This document shows positions 17,388 through 31,800 of a DNA stretch of 64,000 bases, one piece after another (positions within the stretch are counted from its first letter, which is position 1; each line of letters starts with the position of its first letter). This DNA comes from the human T2T-CHM13v2.0 reference genome, Homo sapiens. The position numbers and the translations under genes were made by a program. The stretch lies in the NCBI RefSeq assembly GCF_009914755.1, contig NC_060931.1. One strand, given 5' to 3'. Under the pieces are notes generated by a model. That model did not search any database. It had not been told where the DNA came from and saw only the letters and a list, made by a program, of their open reading frames with translations.

Positions 17388-17835
17388 CAGCGGTCTCCAA
17401 CCACAGGGCCACAGAGCTGGAGGTGAGCAGCAGGCGAGTGAAGGGAAACTTCATCTGTATTTCTAGCCCCTCCCATCGCTTGCATGACCACTTGAGCTCC
17501 ATGTCCTGTCAGATCAGCAGCAGCATTAGATTCTCATAGGAGCACAAACTCTGTTGTGAAGTGTGCATGCGAGGGATCTAGGTTGTGTACTCCTTATGAG
17601 AATCTAATGCCTGATATTCTGTTACTGTCTCCCATCACCCCAGATGGACAGTCTAGTTGCAGGAAAACAAGCTCAGAGATCCCACTGAGTCTACATTATA
17701 GTGCGTTGTAGAATCATTTCATTATATATTACTATGTAGTAATAATAGAAATAAAGTACACAATATATGTAATGCACTTGAATCATCCTGAAATTATTCC
17801 CTCACTCCCAATCTGTGGAAAAATTGTCTTCCACA
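17388..17835 (+). mobile_element. MER1A (hAT-Charlie) DNA transposon, copy 1
   Basis: CAGCGGTCTCCAACC start; GCATTAGATTCTCATAGGAGC...CCTTATGAGAATCTAATGC internal palindrome; CTAGTTGCAGGAAAACAAGCTCAG. Confidence 0.85.
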
Positions 17836-18286
17836 CATTCACTCTGTTTTTTGGTAGAGGCAGGGTCTTAATATATTGCCCAGGCTGATCTCAAACTCCT
17901 GGCCTCAAGTAATACACCTCTCTCAGCCTCCCAAAGTGCTGAGATTACAGGCATAAGCCACCACCTTCAACCAAGACTTTCTTAAACCAAATAAAAATTA
18001 AGTGAGATTACTTGAGCCCAGGTTGTCAAGGCTGCAGTGAGCCTGATTGCACCACTGCACTCCAGCCTAGGTGACAGAATGAAACTGTCTCAAAAAATAA
18101 AATAAAATAAAATAAAATAAAATAAAAATTAACCCTTTATGACATTCCCAGTAACTTTCCCTCCTAAGTGTTCCCCACAAGTCTTTGAATTCTGTTTAAT
18201 TTTCACATAACATTTAAGACGTTTAAGAACTTATGTCTGTCTGTGTCATCCCTTTATGTCAAAAGATGTCTTTTTGTCACTTCCAG

Positions 18287-18351
18287 CTGGATCTACCATG
18301 AAAGACTTCTGAATCCAGGAAGAGAGACTGACTGGGCAACATGTTATTCAG
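18287..18351 (+). other. Candidate 65-bp non-coding exon, copy 2
   Basis: ttccag acceptor and CAG|gtac donor; 2 mismatches versus 11536-11600. Confidence 0.45.
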
Positions 18352-19023
18352 GTACAAAAAGATTTGGACTGTAAGTTAAAAATGATCAAATAATAGTGCA
18401 TGCATCAAGTGCAATGGGAAGCTCTTCTGGAGAGTGAGAGAAGCTTCCAGTTAAGGTAACATTGAAGCCAAGTCCTGAAAGATGAGGAAGAGTTGTATGA
18501 GAGAGGGGAGGGAAGGGGGAGGTGGAGGGATGGGGAATGGGCTGGGATGGGATAGCGCAAACTGCCCTGGAAGGGAAACCAGCACTGTACAGACCTGAAC
18601 AACGAAGATGGCATATTTTGTTCAGGGAATGGTGAATTAGGTGTGGCAGGAATGCTTTGTAGAGACAGTAATTTGCTTGTATGGAATTTTGCCTGAGAGA
18701 CCTCATTGCAGTTTCTGATTTTTTGATGTCATCATTCATCACTGTCCTTGTCAAATAGTTTGGAATAGAATGATCATAATAACCCCAAGCATAATATTTC
18801 ATTAATTCTCACAGAATCACAGGTAGGTGCCACAGTTATCCCCATTTTATGAATGGAGTGATGAAGCCTTAGGAATAATGAATGATTTGCCCAAGCTCAC
18901 CTGGATATTAAGACTGAGTCAAATGTTGGGTCTGGTCTGACTTTAATGTTTGCTTTGTTCATGAGCACCACGTATTTCCTCTCCTATGCAGTTAAGCAGG
19001 TAGACAGGTGACAGAAAAGCCCA

Positions 19024-20515
19024 TGTTTGTCTCTACTCACACTCTTCCGACTGAATGTATGTATGGAGTTTCTACACCAAATTCTCCAGTGCTCTGGATA
19101 TTAACTGGGTATCCCATGATTTTATTCTGACACTGCCTGGAGTTAGCACAGACCCCACAAGTTACGGGCTCAGTCCCACGAGACCATCCTCACTTCAGAT
19201 GCCAATGGCAAGTCCTAGGTTGTCACCTGTACTTTTGACCAACCTGTTACAAATTGGGGGTTCCCATAACTCTATTCTTGGGTTTAATTATTTGCTAGAA
19301 CAGTTTACAGAACTCAGAAAAACAGTTTATTTTCTTTTTTTCTAAGAGAGAGGGTCTTATTTTTTTGCCCAGGCTGGTGTGCAGTGGTGCAGTCATAGCT
19401 CACTGCAGCCTTGACTGCCTGGGCTCCAGTGGTTCTCCCACCTCATCCTCCCTAGTAGCTGAGACTACATGCCTGCACCACCACATCTGGCTAATTTATT
19501 TTTTGTATAGATGGGGTCTTGTTGTGTTGCCCAGGCTGGCCACAAATTCCTGGTCTCAAGTGATTCTCCCACCTCTGCCTCTTAAAGTGCTAGGATTACA
19601 GATGTCAGCCACCGCATCTGGCCAGTTCATCTCCTATTGCTGGTTCATTGCAAAGGATACATTTCAGAAACAGCCAATGAAAGAGACGTACATGCTGGAT
19701 GCAGTGGCTCACGCCTGTAATCTCAGAACTTTGGGAGGCCAAGGTGGGAACGTCGCTTAAACTGAGGAGTTTGAGACCAGCCTAGGCAACATGGTGAAAA
19801 CCTGTCTCTACAAAAAACAAAAAAATAATAATAACCGGGTGTGGTGGTGTGCACCTAGAGTTCCAACTACTAGGGATGCTGAGGTGAGAGGACACCTTGA
19901 GCTGGGGACTGGGGAGGCTTAGGTTACAGTGAGTTGAGATTGTGCCACTCCACTCTAGCTTGGACAAAAGAGCCAGACCCTATCTCAAAAAAAAGAAAGA
20001 TGCCCAGGGCAAGGTAAGTTAGGAGGGGCACAGAGCTCCCATGCCCTCTGTTGAACATGCCACCCTCCCAGCATCTCCTGTGTTCAGCAACCCCGGAAGC
20101 TCCGCAAACCCTGTTCAGGGTGTTTATGGAGGCTTTATTATGCAAGCATGATTGATAAAATCTTTGGCCATTGGTGATTAAGGCAGTCTCCAGCCCCTCT
20201 TCCTCCTGGAGTTCAGTGCATGAGGCTGAAAGTTCCAAGCGTCTAATCATGTGGTTGCTTCCATTGGCAATCAGCCCTCCTCCTGAAGAAATCTAGGAGC
20301 TTGCAGTCACCCAGTCATCTCAACAACATCCCCAAATGCATTCTTACCATGCTGGAGATCCCAAAATTCTTAGAGGCTCTTGTGTTAGAAACCTGGGACC
20401 AAGACCAAATATTAAAACAAAAGATGTTCCTGTCACATCTATCACTGAGGTCTTTGTAAGAGCTTTAGAAGCTCTGTGCCAGGAACCAGGGACAGAGATG
20501 AAATATATATTTCTT
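19024..20515. mobile_element. MER21-like LTR interrupted by two Alus
   Basis: GGGCTCAGTCCCACGAGACC...CACTTCAGATGCCAAT...GTTGTCACCTGTACTTTTGACCAAC and GCTCTGTGCCAGGAACCAGGGACAGAG match my recollection of MER21. Confidence 0.65.
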
Positions 20516-21043
20516 TTCTTTTTTTTGAGACAGAATCTCCCTGTGTCATCCAGGCTGGAGTGCAGTGATGTGATCATAGCTCACTCTAGCTTTGGCCTTC
20601 TGAGATCAAGCGATCCTCCCATCTCAACCTCCCAAGTAGCTAGGACTACACATGCATGTCACCCATGCCCAGCTCATTTTTGTAGAGTCGGAGTTTCACC
20701 ATGTTGGCCAGATGGGGTCTTCTTTTGTTGCCCAAGCTGGCCACAAATTCCTGGGCTCAAGTGATCCTCCCACCTCATCCTTGTAAAGATGAGATTTAGT
20801 TATGTCGTCCAGGCTGATCTCAAACTCCTGGGCTAAATCGATTGTCTCACCTCAGCCTCTCAAGTAGCTGGGACTACAGGCGCATACCACCATGTTGGGC
20901 TAATATTTATTTTTATTTTTTTCTAGAGGCGGGGGTCTCACTATGTTGTTCATGCTAGTTTCAAACTTCGGGCCTCAAGTGTTCCTCCTGCCTTGACCTC
21001 CCAAAGTGTTGGGATTCTGGGTGGGAGCCCCCATGCCCAGCAA

Positions 21044-21400
21044 TTACAAGGGTCTTTATAAAAGAAAGAGAGTAGGAGATTCAGAATTGGAGCAGGAGAT
21101 GTGGTGATGAAAGCAGAGGTAAGAGAGGGAGATTTGAAGATGCTTCACTTCTGGCTTTGAAGATGGAGTCAGGGGCCATGATCCAAGGAATGGGGGTGGC
21201 TTCTAGAAGCTAGAAAAGCCAAGGGAACACTTTAGAGTCTCTAGAAGGAATGCAGCCCTGCTGACACCTTGACTTTAGCCTTAATAGACCTAGTTTGGGT
21301 TTCTGGCCCCTAGAACTGTAAGATGGTAGATTTGTGGTGTTTTAAGCCACTAAATGTAGGAAACTGCAAACTATGTTGCAGCAGCAAGAAGAAATGAACA
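21044..21400 (+). mobile_element. MLT1 (MLT1C/D-like) MaLR LTR fragment
   Basis: CTGGCTTTGAAGATGGAG...CTAGAAGCTAGAAAAG...GCAGCCCTGCTGACACCTTGACTTTAGCC...TTTAAGCCACTAA. Confidence 0.8.
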
Positions 21401-21452
21401 TGAAGCCAGGCATGATGGCTCATGCCGGTAATCCCAGCACTTTAGGAATTTA

Positions 21453-21785
<333 letters not shown>

Positions 21786-21821
21786 CTACAGCCTGGGCAA
21801 GAAGAGTGAAACTCTGTCTCA

Positions 21822-22680
<859 letters not shown>

Positions 22681-25600
22681 TGAAATTATTAAGTAATTTT
22701 AAAAAACACTACTGCCTTTCCCAATCCTACCAAGTATGGGATGCTAGATTAAAGAAATCTCTTCAGGCTCATTGCAGTGGCTCATGCCTGTAGTCCCAGC
22801 TGTTTGGTAAGCAGAGGTGGGAGTATCTTTTAAGGGCAGGTGTTCAAGACCAGCCTGGACAACACAGCAAGATCTGCTCTTTACAAAAATATTTTTCAAA
22901 ATTAAATAAATGTAGCTAGGCATGGTGATGTGTACTTGTAGTTTCAGCTACTCAGGAGGCTGAAGTGGGCAGATCTCTTGAGGTCAGGAGTTTGAGGCCA
23001 GCTTGGGCAACATAGCAAGACCCCTCACTCTACAAAAAAATTAAAAAAATAACCAGGCATGGGGGCACTCAACTGTACTACCAGCTACTGGGGAGCTGAG
23101 GCAGGAAGATGGCTTGAGCCCAGGAGGTCGAGGCTGCAGTGAGCTGTAAGTGCACAGCTGCACTCCAGTCTGGGTGACAGAGCAGGACCTGTCTCACAAT
23201 ACAAATAAAAATACAAGTAAAATAATGAAATCTCAAGTCAGAGCCTTTTGGCTCTGCAGCACTTGCAACCCCTCAGCCGTGCAGTGGGGTTTGTGTCGCT
23301 GGGAATGAGGAGACCCCTGCCCGGTGTTGTTGCATGTCTAATCAGTGTTTTAAAACATATATTAATCGGGGTGGGTGCGGTGGCTCACACCTGTAATCCC
23401 AGCACTTAGGGAGACCCAGGCGGATGGATCACCTGAGGTCAAGAGTTCAAGACCAGCCTTCTCTACTAAGAAAACTCCTTCTCTACTAAGAAAATACAAT
23501 AATTAGCCGGACATGGTAGTGGGCGCCTGTAATCCCAGCTACTTGGGAGGCTGAGGTAGGAGAATCGCTTGAACCTGCGGGGCGGAGGTTGCAATGAGCT
23601 GAGATTGCGCCACTTCACTCCAGCCTGGGCAAAAGAACAAGACTTTGTCTCAAAGAAAAAAACAAAAGTATTATATCAACATGTAATGGTTTTATTATTA
23701 ATATGTGATGAATATTAAATATTTTTAAAATCTTGTATTATATCAACATGTAATGGCTTTAATATGTGATGAATAATATTTAAAAATTTTTGTCTTATTT
23801 TCTAGTTTTAATATAATTATTTACAGAAAGAAATAGTCTTAGAGTTCTTCAATAAAGTTAAAAAATGTAAAGGGATGTTAGACCCCAAAAGATTGAGAAT
23901 TTCTAGTTTAGAAATATTCAGAGTAAGCCACATACAACTTGCTACTTGAACTATTTTTTTTCTTTGTTTTTTATTTTAGGAGATGGGGTCTCACCCTGTC
24001 ACCCAGGCTTGAGTACAGTAGTGCTATCACAGCTCACTGCAGCCTTGAACTCCTGGGCTAAGGATCCTCCTACCTGAGCCTCCTGAGTAGCTGGGACTGT
24101 AGATATACATGACGATACTTGGCTAATTTTTAAATTGTTTTGTAGACATGGGGTCTCACTTTGTTGGCCAGGCTGGTGTCAAACTCATGGCCTCAAGTGA
24201 CCCTTCCACCCCTGCCTCCCATCCTAGAGGTATGTGCCATCACAAGGAGCACTTGTTCAATTTTCTAAAAAAAAAATTTCTAAAGTAAGGCTGTGGGATG
24301 ATGGCAGGAAGATAAAACAGAAGAATAAGTTAAAATGACTTATTCACACATATTCTTTTGATAGCAAGAAGAACTTTTAGTATATACATTCCTTACAAAC
24401 AAACAAAAGGCAGATAAACAATGTTGTATAGGAACTTCAACACACACTGTACAATATTCCCACTTTGCTGACATAAGTTATGGAAATTTCATGGTTTACT
24501 TGAGTGTCGCTACCAGTATTTTGCTTCTCTGATCATTTTTATCAACTTCCTCATCTGTTAACTTCTCTCCAAGGTATGTCATATCATGACATACTGCCGC
24601 TGCACGAACATGGCCAGTGTCTTCCTATTAAACATGTAGAATGCTTTCCTAATTTCTCTTTTTACTCTCTGTCTTTGTGTTTTGCATTTTCCTTACTTTT
24701 ATTGTCAGAAACTCCAGAAAGTCAATCATACTAATTTATCACCATTTGCTTTATTAATTTATACTTTGCTTATATGGAATTTTGCCCAACAGACCTCATT
24801 ACAATTTCTAACCTGTTTTATTTTGTTTTGTTTTTTTCTGAGACAGGGTCTCCCTCTCTTGTCCAAGGCTGGAGTGTAGTAGTGCTATCACAGCTGACTG
24901 CAGCCTCAACCTTCCAGGCTGAAGCGATCCTCCCATCTCAACCTCCCACGTGGCTGAGACTATAGGTGCTTGCCACTATGCCCAACTAATATTTGGAATT
25001 TTCCTATACGTGGATTCCAGAGGGGTGACAGCGAAACGTGAGTAAGCATGGATTTTGGTATATGCAGAGATGGGGGGCTGGAACTAATTCTGTATACTGA
25101 GGGACAACAGTATATGTTTTTACAATTACGCTGTAAGATACATACTGTTGCATAGCCTTGAAAATAATAATTTTTAATTGAGTGGAATAATAATATTGAT
25201 AAAAGTAGCAGCTGGCCAGGTGTGGTGGCTCACACTGGTAATCGCAACACTTTGGGAGGCTGAGGCAGGAGGATGGCTTGAGGCCAAGAGTTTGCGATAG
25301 GCCTTGGAAACAAAGGGAGTCACCATCCCTATAGAAAAATACATGAGTTAGCCTAGTGTGGTGGCATGTTCCTGTAGTCCCAGCTACTTGGGAGGCTGAG
25401 CTGGGAGGATCACTTGAGCCCAAGGAGGCTGAGACTGCAGTGAGTCATGATCAGGCCTCTGCACTCCAGCCTCAGTGACAGAGTGAGACCCTGTCTCAGA
25501 ACAACAAAAAAGTAGCAGCTAACATCAACTGACCTTTTACCAGGTGCCTATTGATACCATAGTTTAATTTCTTATAACTGTTTCTTATTTCACTTACCAA

Positions 25601-26807
25601 CTCTGTCTTCAGTTACTCCCCAGATTTTTACTGTGTTTGTACAGATGACCTTTTGTTGAGATTGAATTGTCTCCCCAGAAGTAAGATTACTGTGAGTCAT
25701 GGTGAATGGACATTCTCCTTACCCTTGATGTAAATGGACAAGGTTTTGGGTGCCTCCCAGCTATAATCTTAGCACTTTGGGAGGCTAAGACAGGAGGATT
25801 GCTTGAGGCCAAGAGTTGGAGGAGGCAATATGGCAGTATGGTGAGACCCTGTCTGTATTATTTTTAAAAATTGACAAGCTTTACCCTGGAAGGCTTATAC
25901 ACAATTTAAACATCCCTCATAGTATAAGAAAGTGCCCATTTCACTGCACCTTTGCCAGCACAGGGTATTATAATTTAGTAAGTCATTTTTTGTTTGATTA
26001 TTTTAAATAGATAAAAGACCTCATATTACTTTACTTGTCACATTTCAACATCTTCCCTTAGCTTATTAGCTCTATTTCTTTTCTGTCTGTAAATGGTTGT
26101 TGTTGTTTTGTTCTTTGAGACAGGGTCTTGCTCTGTCACCAGGCTGGACTGTAGTGGCATAATCATGCCTCACTGCAGCCTTGACCTCCCAGGCTCAAAC
26201 TTCAGCATTCCGAGTAGCTGGGACTACAAGTGTGCACCACCACTCCCAGCTAATTTTTTTCTTTTTTTGGATAGAGACAGGGTCTCACTGTATTGTCCAG
26301 ACCGGTCTCTAGCTCCTGGCCTTAAGCAATCCTCCTGCATTAGCTTCTCAAATTGCTGGAATTTCAGGCATGAGCCACCATGCCTGGCCTGGGCTAGTCC
26401 TATATTCTCTAGAGTTCTCTTTACTTTGTGCTAGCCAATCTCTCATTATGCTGTTCACCTGTTATAATGAATAATTCTCTGTATTAAATTTTACCACTTT
26501 AAACTTTTGAGCAGTTTATGCTTCCTGATTGGACTCTAATATGTTAGGAAGGGTCCCAGGAGATAAACCCACACAGATGGGATTTGGGCATAGGTTTGGT
26601 TTCCCAGGGGGCAGTGCTGAGCTCTTTGCCAGTGGGAAATGGGATGCTGGTGATTTCCAGGAAGTGACCTCACAATGACTCAAGCTACCACTTACTGTTG
26701 ATTGTGACGAAATGCCAGCTGAGGCACATGCCTTGGGAGCTAAGTGGTTGCTGCACTTGACCACTGTGAAGACTGGTGTGGGAAGGGTTGTTTTGGATGC
26801 ACTTGAG

Positions 26808-27226
26808 CAGGGGTCCCCAACCCCTGAGCCATGGAGCCGTAAGGAGCCACACAGCAGGAGGTGAGTGGTGTCGAGTGAGGGAGTGAGGGAAGCTTCGTCT
26901 GTATTTACAGCCACTCCCCTTTGCTCACATTCCCGCCTGAGCTCCACCTTCTCAGATGAGCAGCAGCATTAGATTCTCATAGGAGAGCGCACCCTGTTGT
27001 GAACCGTGCATGTGAGGGATCTAGGTTGCGCTGTCCTTATGAGAATCTAATACCTATTGATCTGTCACTTTCTCCCATCACGCTCAGGTAGGACCATCCA
27101 GTTGCAGAAAAACAAGCTTAACACGCCCACTGATTCTACATTATGGTGAGTTCTATAATTATTTTATTATATATTACAGTGTAATAATGGAAATAAAGTG
27201 TCTAATAAATGTAATGTGCTTAAATC
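26808..27226 (+). mobile_element. MER1A DNA transposon, copy 2, truncated by the C-rich array
   Basis: CAGGGGTCCCCAACCCC start, same internal motifs and same upstream flank as copy 1. Confidence 0.85.
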
Positions 27227-30200
27227 TTTTGGCCCAGCCCCTACCTCCCGGCAGCCTCTCCAGGCCCAGAACTTTCTCCAGTCAGCCTCCACAGACCAAG
27301 CTCATGACTCACAATGGCCTATTTAGGCCCATACCCTACCTCACGGCAGTCTCTGCAGATGAGGCTACTGCCTCACAACAGCCTCCACAGGCACAGCTCC
27401 ACCGTTACAATGGCCTCTTTAGACCCAGCTCCTGCCTCCCAGCCTTCTCTCCAGGCCCTGAGCTTTCTCAAGTCGACCTCACCAGGCCCAGCTCATGCTT
27501 CTTGGCAGCCTCTCCAGGCCCAGCTCCTGCATCTTGGCAGCCTCTCCAGGCCCAGCCTCTGCCTCCTGTCAGCCTCTACAGTCCCAACATCTGCCTCACA
27601 GCAGATTCTTCAGGCCCAGTATCTGCCTCACTGTGGACCACCCAAGCCAAGCTCCCAACCTTTCAGCAGCTTCTACACACCCAGCTCCTGCCACCCAGTG
27701 GCCTCTTTAGGCCAAGCTCATGCCTCACAAGGGCCTTTCCAGGCCCAACTTTTGTCTCATGGCAACCTTCCCTGGCCACATTCCTGCCTGTCTCCCAGCA
27801 GCCTAGACAGGCCCAGGTCTTGCCTCACACTGGCCTGTCTACATCCAGCTCTTGCCTCACGGTGGCCTCTCCAGGCCCAGCTCCTGTCCCAGGACGTCAT
27901 CTCCAGGCCCAAAACTTCCTCAAGTCAGCCTCTCTAGTCCCAACTGCTGCCTCCTGGTGGCCTATGAAGGCCCAAAATCTCCTCAAGTTGACCTCTCCAG
28001 GCCCAGCTCCTGCCTCCTGTCAGCGTCTACAGGCCCAACCTCTGCCTCATGGGGGCTTCTCCAGGCCCAGCTCTTCCTCTGGGCTGAGTCTACAGGCACA
28101 ACTGCTGCCTCACAACAGCCTTTTTTGGCCCAGTTCCTGTCCAGCTCACAGCGACCAATGTAGGCCCAAAACTTCCTCAAGTCAAACTCTCCAGGCCTGC
28201 CTTCTTCCTGGTGGCATGAACAGGCCCAGCTTTGACTTGAGAACAGCCTCTGCAGGCCCTGCTCTTGCCTCCCAGGGGCTTCTCCAGGCCCAGCTCTTGC
28301 CTCATGGCGGCTGCCCCAGGCCAAGTTTCTGCCTGCCTGCCAGCAGCCTCAACAGGCACAGCTCTTCCCTCACAGTGGCCCATTTAGGCCCAACTCATGA
28401 CTGTCGGGCCATTTCCAGGCCTAGTGCCTGCCTCCTGGCTGACTCTTGAAGCCCAAAACTTCCTCAAATCAGCCTTTTGCCCAACTTCTGTCTACTGTCG
28501 GACTCTACAGGCCAGCCTCTGCCTCACAGTGGACCCTCCAGACCCAGATGGTGTCTCACTGTGGCATCCTCAGGCGAAGCTCCTGCCTTTCAGCAGCCTC
28601 TACGGGCCCAGCTCCTGCCTTGCAATGGCCTCTTTAGGCCAAGCTCATGCCCCACGGCGACTTTTCCAGGCACAGCTTTTGCCTTTTGCAGCCTGTCCAG
28701 GCCCAGAATGTCCTTAACTCGGCGTCTCCAGGACGAGCTCATCCTCCCAGTGCGTCTACAGGCCCGTCTCCTGCCTCACAACAACCTCCTTTGGTCCAAC
28801 TCCTGCTGAGCTGCTTGGCAGCCTCTGTAGGCCACAGAGTTCTTAAAGTAAAGCTTTCCAGGCCCACCTTCGGCCTCCCGGCAGCCTCAGCAATCAAACT
28901 ATTCCCTCACTGCGGCCACCGAAAGCCAAGTTTCTCCCTGCCTCACAGCATCCTCCGAAAACTGAGCATTTGCCTCACGGTGGCCTCCCCAGGCCACGAA
29001 TCTGCCTGCCTCCCAGGCAGCTGCTGCCTCACAATGGTCTCTTTAGGCCCAGCTCTTGCTAAAAGACAGACTCTCCAGGCACAGCTCTTGCCTCCTGGCA
29101 GGCTCTGCAGGCCCAAATTCTCCAAAAGTTGGCCTCTCCTAACTCAGCTCCTGCCTCATGTCGGCCTACACAGGCCCAGACTCTTACCACACAGTAGACC
29201 CTCCAGGCCCACCACTTGCCTGAGCATAGCCTCCTAAGGCCAAGCTCCTGCCTTTCGGCAGCCTCTACAGGCCCAGCTCCTGCCTCGCAATTGCCTTTGT
29301 AGGCCAAGATCATGCCGCGAAGTGGCCTTTCCTAGCCTAACTTTTGCTTTTTGACGCATACTCCGGTCCCAAAACTTCCTCCAGTCAGCCAGTCCAGGCC
29401 AAGCTCTTCCTCCCAAAGGCTTCTGCAGGCCAAAATCGTCCTGAAGTCACCCTCTGCAGGCCCAGCTCCTGCCTCCAAGTGCTGTGTAGGCCAAGCTAAT
29501 GCCTCACAGCACACTTTCCAGGCTGAGCATTTCCTTTTGTGCATCCTCTCCAAGCCCTGAACTTACTCCAGTTGGCCTCTCCAGACCAAGCTCTCCCTCC
29601 CAGTGGCCTCTACAGGCCAAAATTGTCCTCAAGTCAGCCTCTCCAGGGCCAACTCCTAGCTACCGGTGGCTTCTGCAGGCCAAAATCGACCTCAAGTCAG
29701 CCTCTTCACACCCAGCTCTTGTCTGTAAGTGGCCTCTGCAGGAGCAAAACTGCCTCAAGTCGGCCTCTCCAGGCCCAGCCTCCTGCTTCCCGAGGGCATG
29801 TACAGGCCCAGCCTCTGCCTCACAGCAGACTCTCCATGCCCAGCTCTTCCCTGTCTGCTGCCTCTCCAGTCCAAAGCTGCGCCTGCCTTTCGGCAACTTG
29901 TACGGGCCCAGCTCCTCCCTCACGGTGGCCTCTTTTCGCCCAACTCATGCCTCTTGCAACCTGCCCAAGTGTCAGCTCCTGCCTCACACTGGCCTCTTGA
30001 GGCTCAGCTCATGCCTCTCGTGGCCTCAACGGGCCCAGCCCCTGCCTGTCGGCGGCCTCTACAGGCCCAGCCTCTACCTCACAGTGGGCTCTCCAGGCCC
30101 ACCTCTTTCTCACCGTGGCCTCCTGGGGCAATGCTCCCCGCTCTCGGGAGCCTCTGCGGGCCCAGCTCCTGCCTCCCAGTGGCCTCTGTAGGCCAAGCCC

Positions 30201-31459
30201 GTGCCTCAGGGCAGCCTTTCCAGGCCTAGCGTTTGCTGCTTTGCATCCTCTCCAGGCTCTGGACTTCCTCCAGTCGGCCTCTCCAGGCCCAGCTCTTCCT
30301 CCCGGCGGCCTCTGCAGGCCCAGACTGTTGTCAAGTCGGCCTGTCCAGGGCCAGCTCCTGCCTCCCGGTGCCCTCTGCAGGCCCAAGTCGTCCTCAAGTC
30401 GGCCTCCCCAGGCCCAGCTCCGGCCTCTCGGCGGCCGCTCCAGGTGCAAAAGTTCCTCGAGTCAGCCTCTCCAGGCCCAGCTCCTCCTGCCTCCCAGCGG
30501 CCTCTTTCGGCCCAGCCCAGCTCATGCCTCCCGGCGGCCTTCCCGGCCTCCTGCCTCCCGAAGGCCTGCACAGGCCCAGCCTCAGCCTCACAGCGGACTC
30601 TCCACGCCCAGCTAGCTCTCGCCTCACTGCGGCCTCCCAAGTCCAAAGCTCCTGCCTCTCGGCCGCTTTGGCAGGCCCAGCTCCCGCCTGCCAGTGGCCT
30701 CTTCAGGCCCATGGGGCTCATTCCTCACAACGGCCTTTCCAGGCCCAGTTTTTCCCTTCCGGCGGCCTCTGCGGACCCAGAACCTCCTCAAGTCGGCCTC
30801 TCCAGACCCACTTGCAGCCTCCCGGCGTCCTCTCCGGGCCCAGCTCTTCCTCCCGGCTGCGTCTCCAGGCCCGACTGCTGCCTCCCAACAACCTCTTTGG
30901 ACTCAGCGCCTGCGCATCTCCTGGCGGCCTTGGTCGGCCCACAGCTTCCTCAAGCCAAGCTCCCCAGGCCCAGGTCAGGCCTCACGGTGGCCTCTCCAGG
31001 ATCAGCTCCTGCCCTCCGATGGCGTCTCCAGGCCCCAAATGGTCTCCGGTCAGTGGGCTCCTCCACGCCCAGCTTGGGCCTCCCGGTGACCTCTGCAGGC
31101 CCAAGTCGTCCTGAAGTCGGCGTCTCCCGGCCCTGCCTCCCAGCAAGTAAGCAAGCTCTTTTGGCTCAACTCCTGCCCAGCTCCCAGCCGCCTTTGTAGG
31201 CCCCGAACTTTCTCGAGCCAAGCTCTTCGCGCCCGCCTACTGCCTCTCGGTGGCCTGTACAGGCCCAGCTCTGGCTGTAGAACAGCCTCTGCAGGCCCCG
31301 CTCTTGCCTCCTAGGGACCTCTCCAGGCCCAGCTCTCGCCCCCACGGCGGCCTCCCGGGGCCAAGTCCCTGCCTGCCTCCCGGCAGCCCGCGTGCGGCCC
31401 AGTTCCTCCCTCACGGTGGCCTGTTGATGCCCAACTCATGCCTCTGACACCCTGCCCAG

Positions 31460-31800
31460 AGGCGTGAGTCCCTGCCTCACACTGGCTCCTCCCACGCTGA
31501 GAGGTCGGCGTGAGCCCCTTGCCTCACACCGGCCCCTCCCATGCTGAGAGAGGTCCGCATGAGCCCCTTGCCTCACACTGGCCCCTCGCCTCACACTGGC
31601 CCCTCCCACGCTGACAAAGGTCGGTGTGAGCCCCTTGCCTCACACTGGCCCCTCGCCTTGCACCGGCCCCTCCCATGCCAAGAGAGGTCAGCATGAGCCC
31701 CTTGCCTCACAGCGGCCCCTCCCACGCCGAGAGAGGTCAGCGTGAGCCCTTGCCTCACACTGGCCCCTCCCACGCTGAGGTCAGCGTGAGCCCCTGCCTC
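31460..31800. repeat. 49-bp VNTR, block 1
   Basis: Unit GGCCCCTCCCACGCTGAGAGAGGTCGGCGTGAGCCCCTTGCCTCACACC with shortened variants. Confidence 0.9.

Noticed and set aside
27187-28449. 420-aa ORF and the many other long overlapping ORFs across 27-35 kb
   Set aside because: Low-complexity P/S/L/A/Q translations are open in several frames on both strands because the C-rich repeat rarely generates stops; the ATG lies within MER1A; no recognisable domain.
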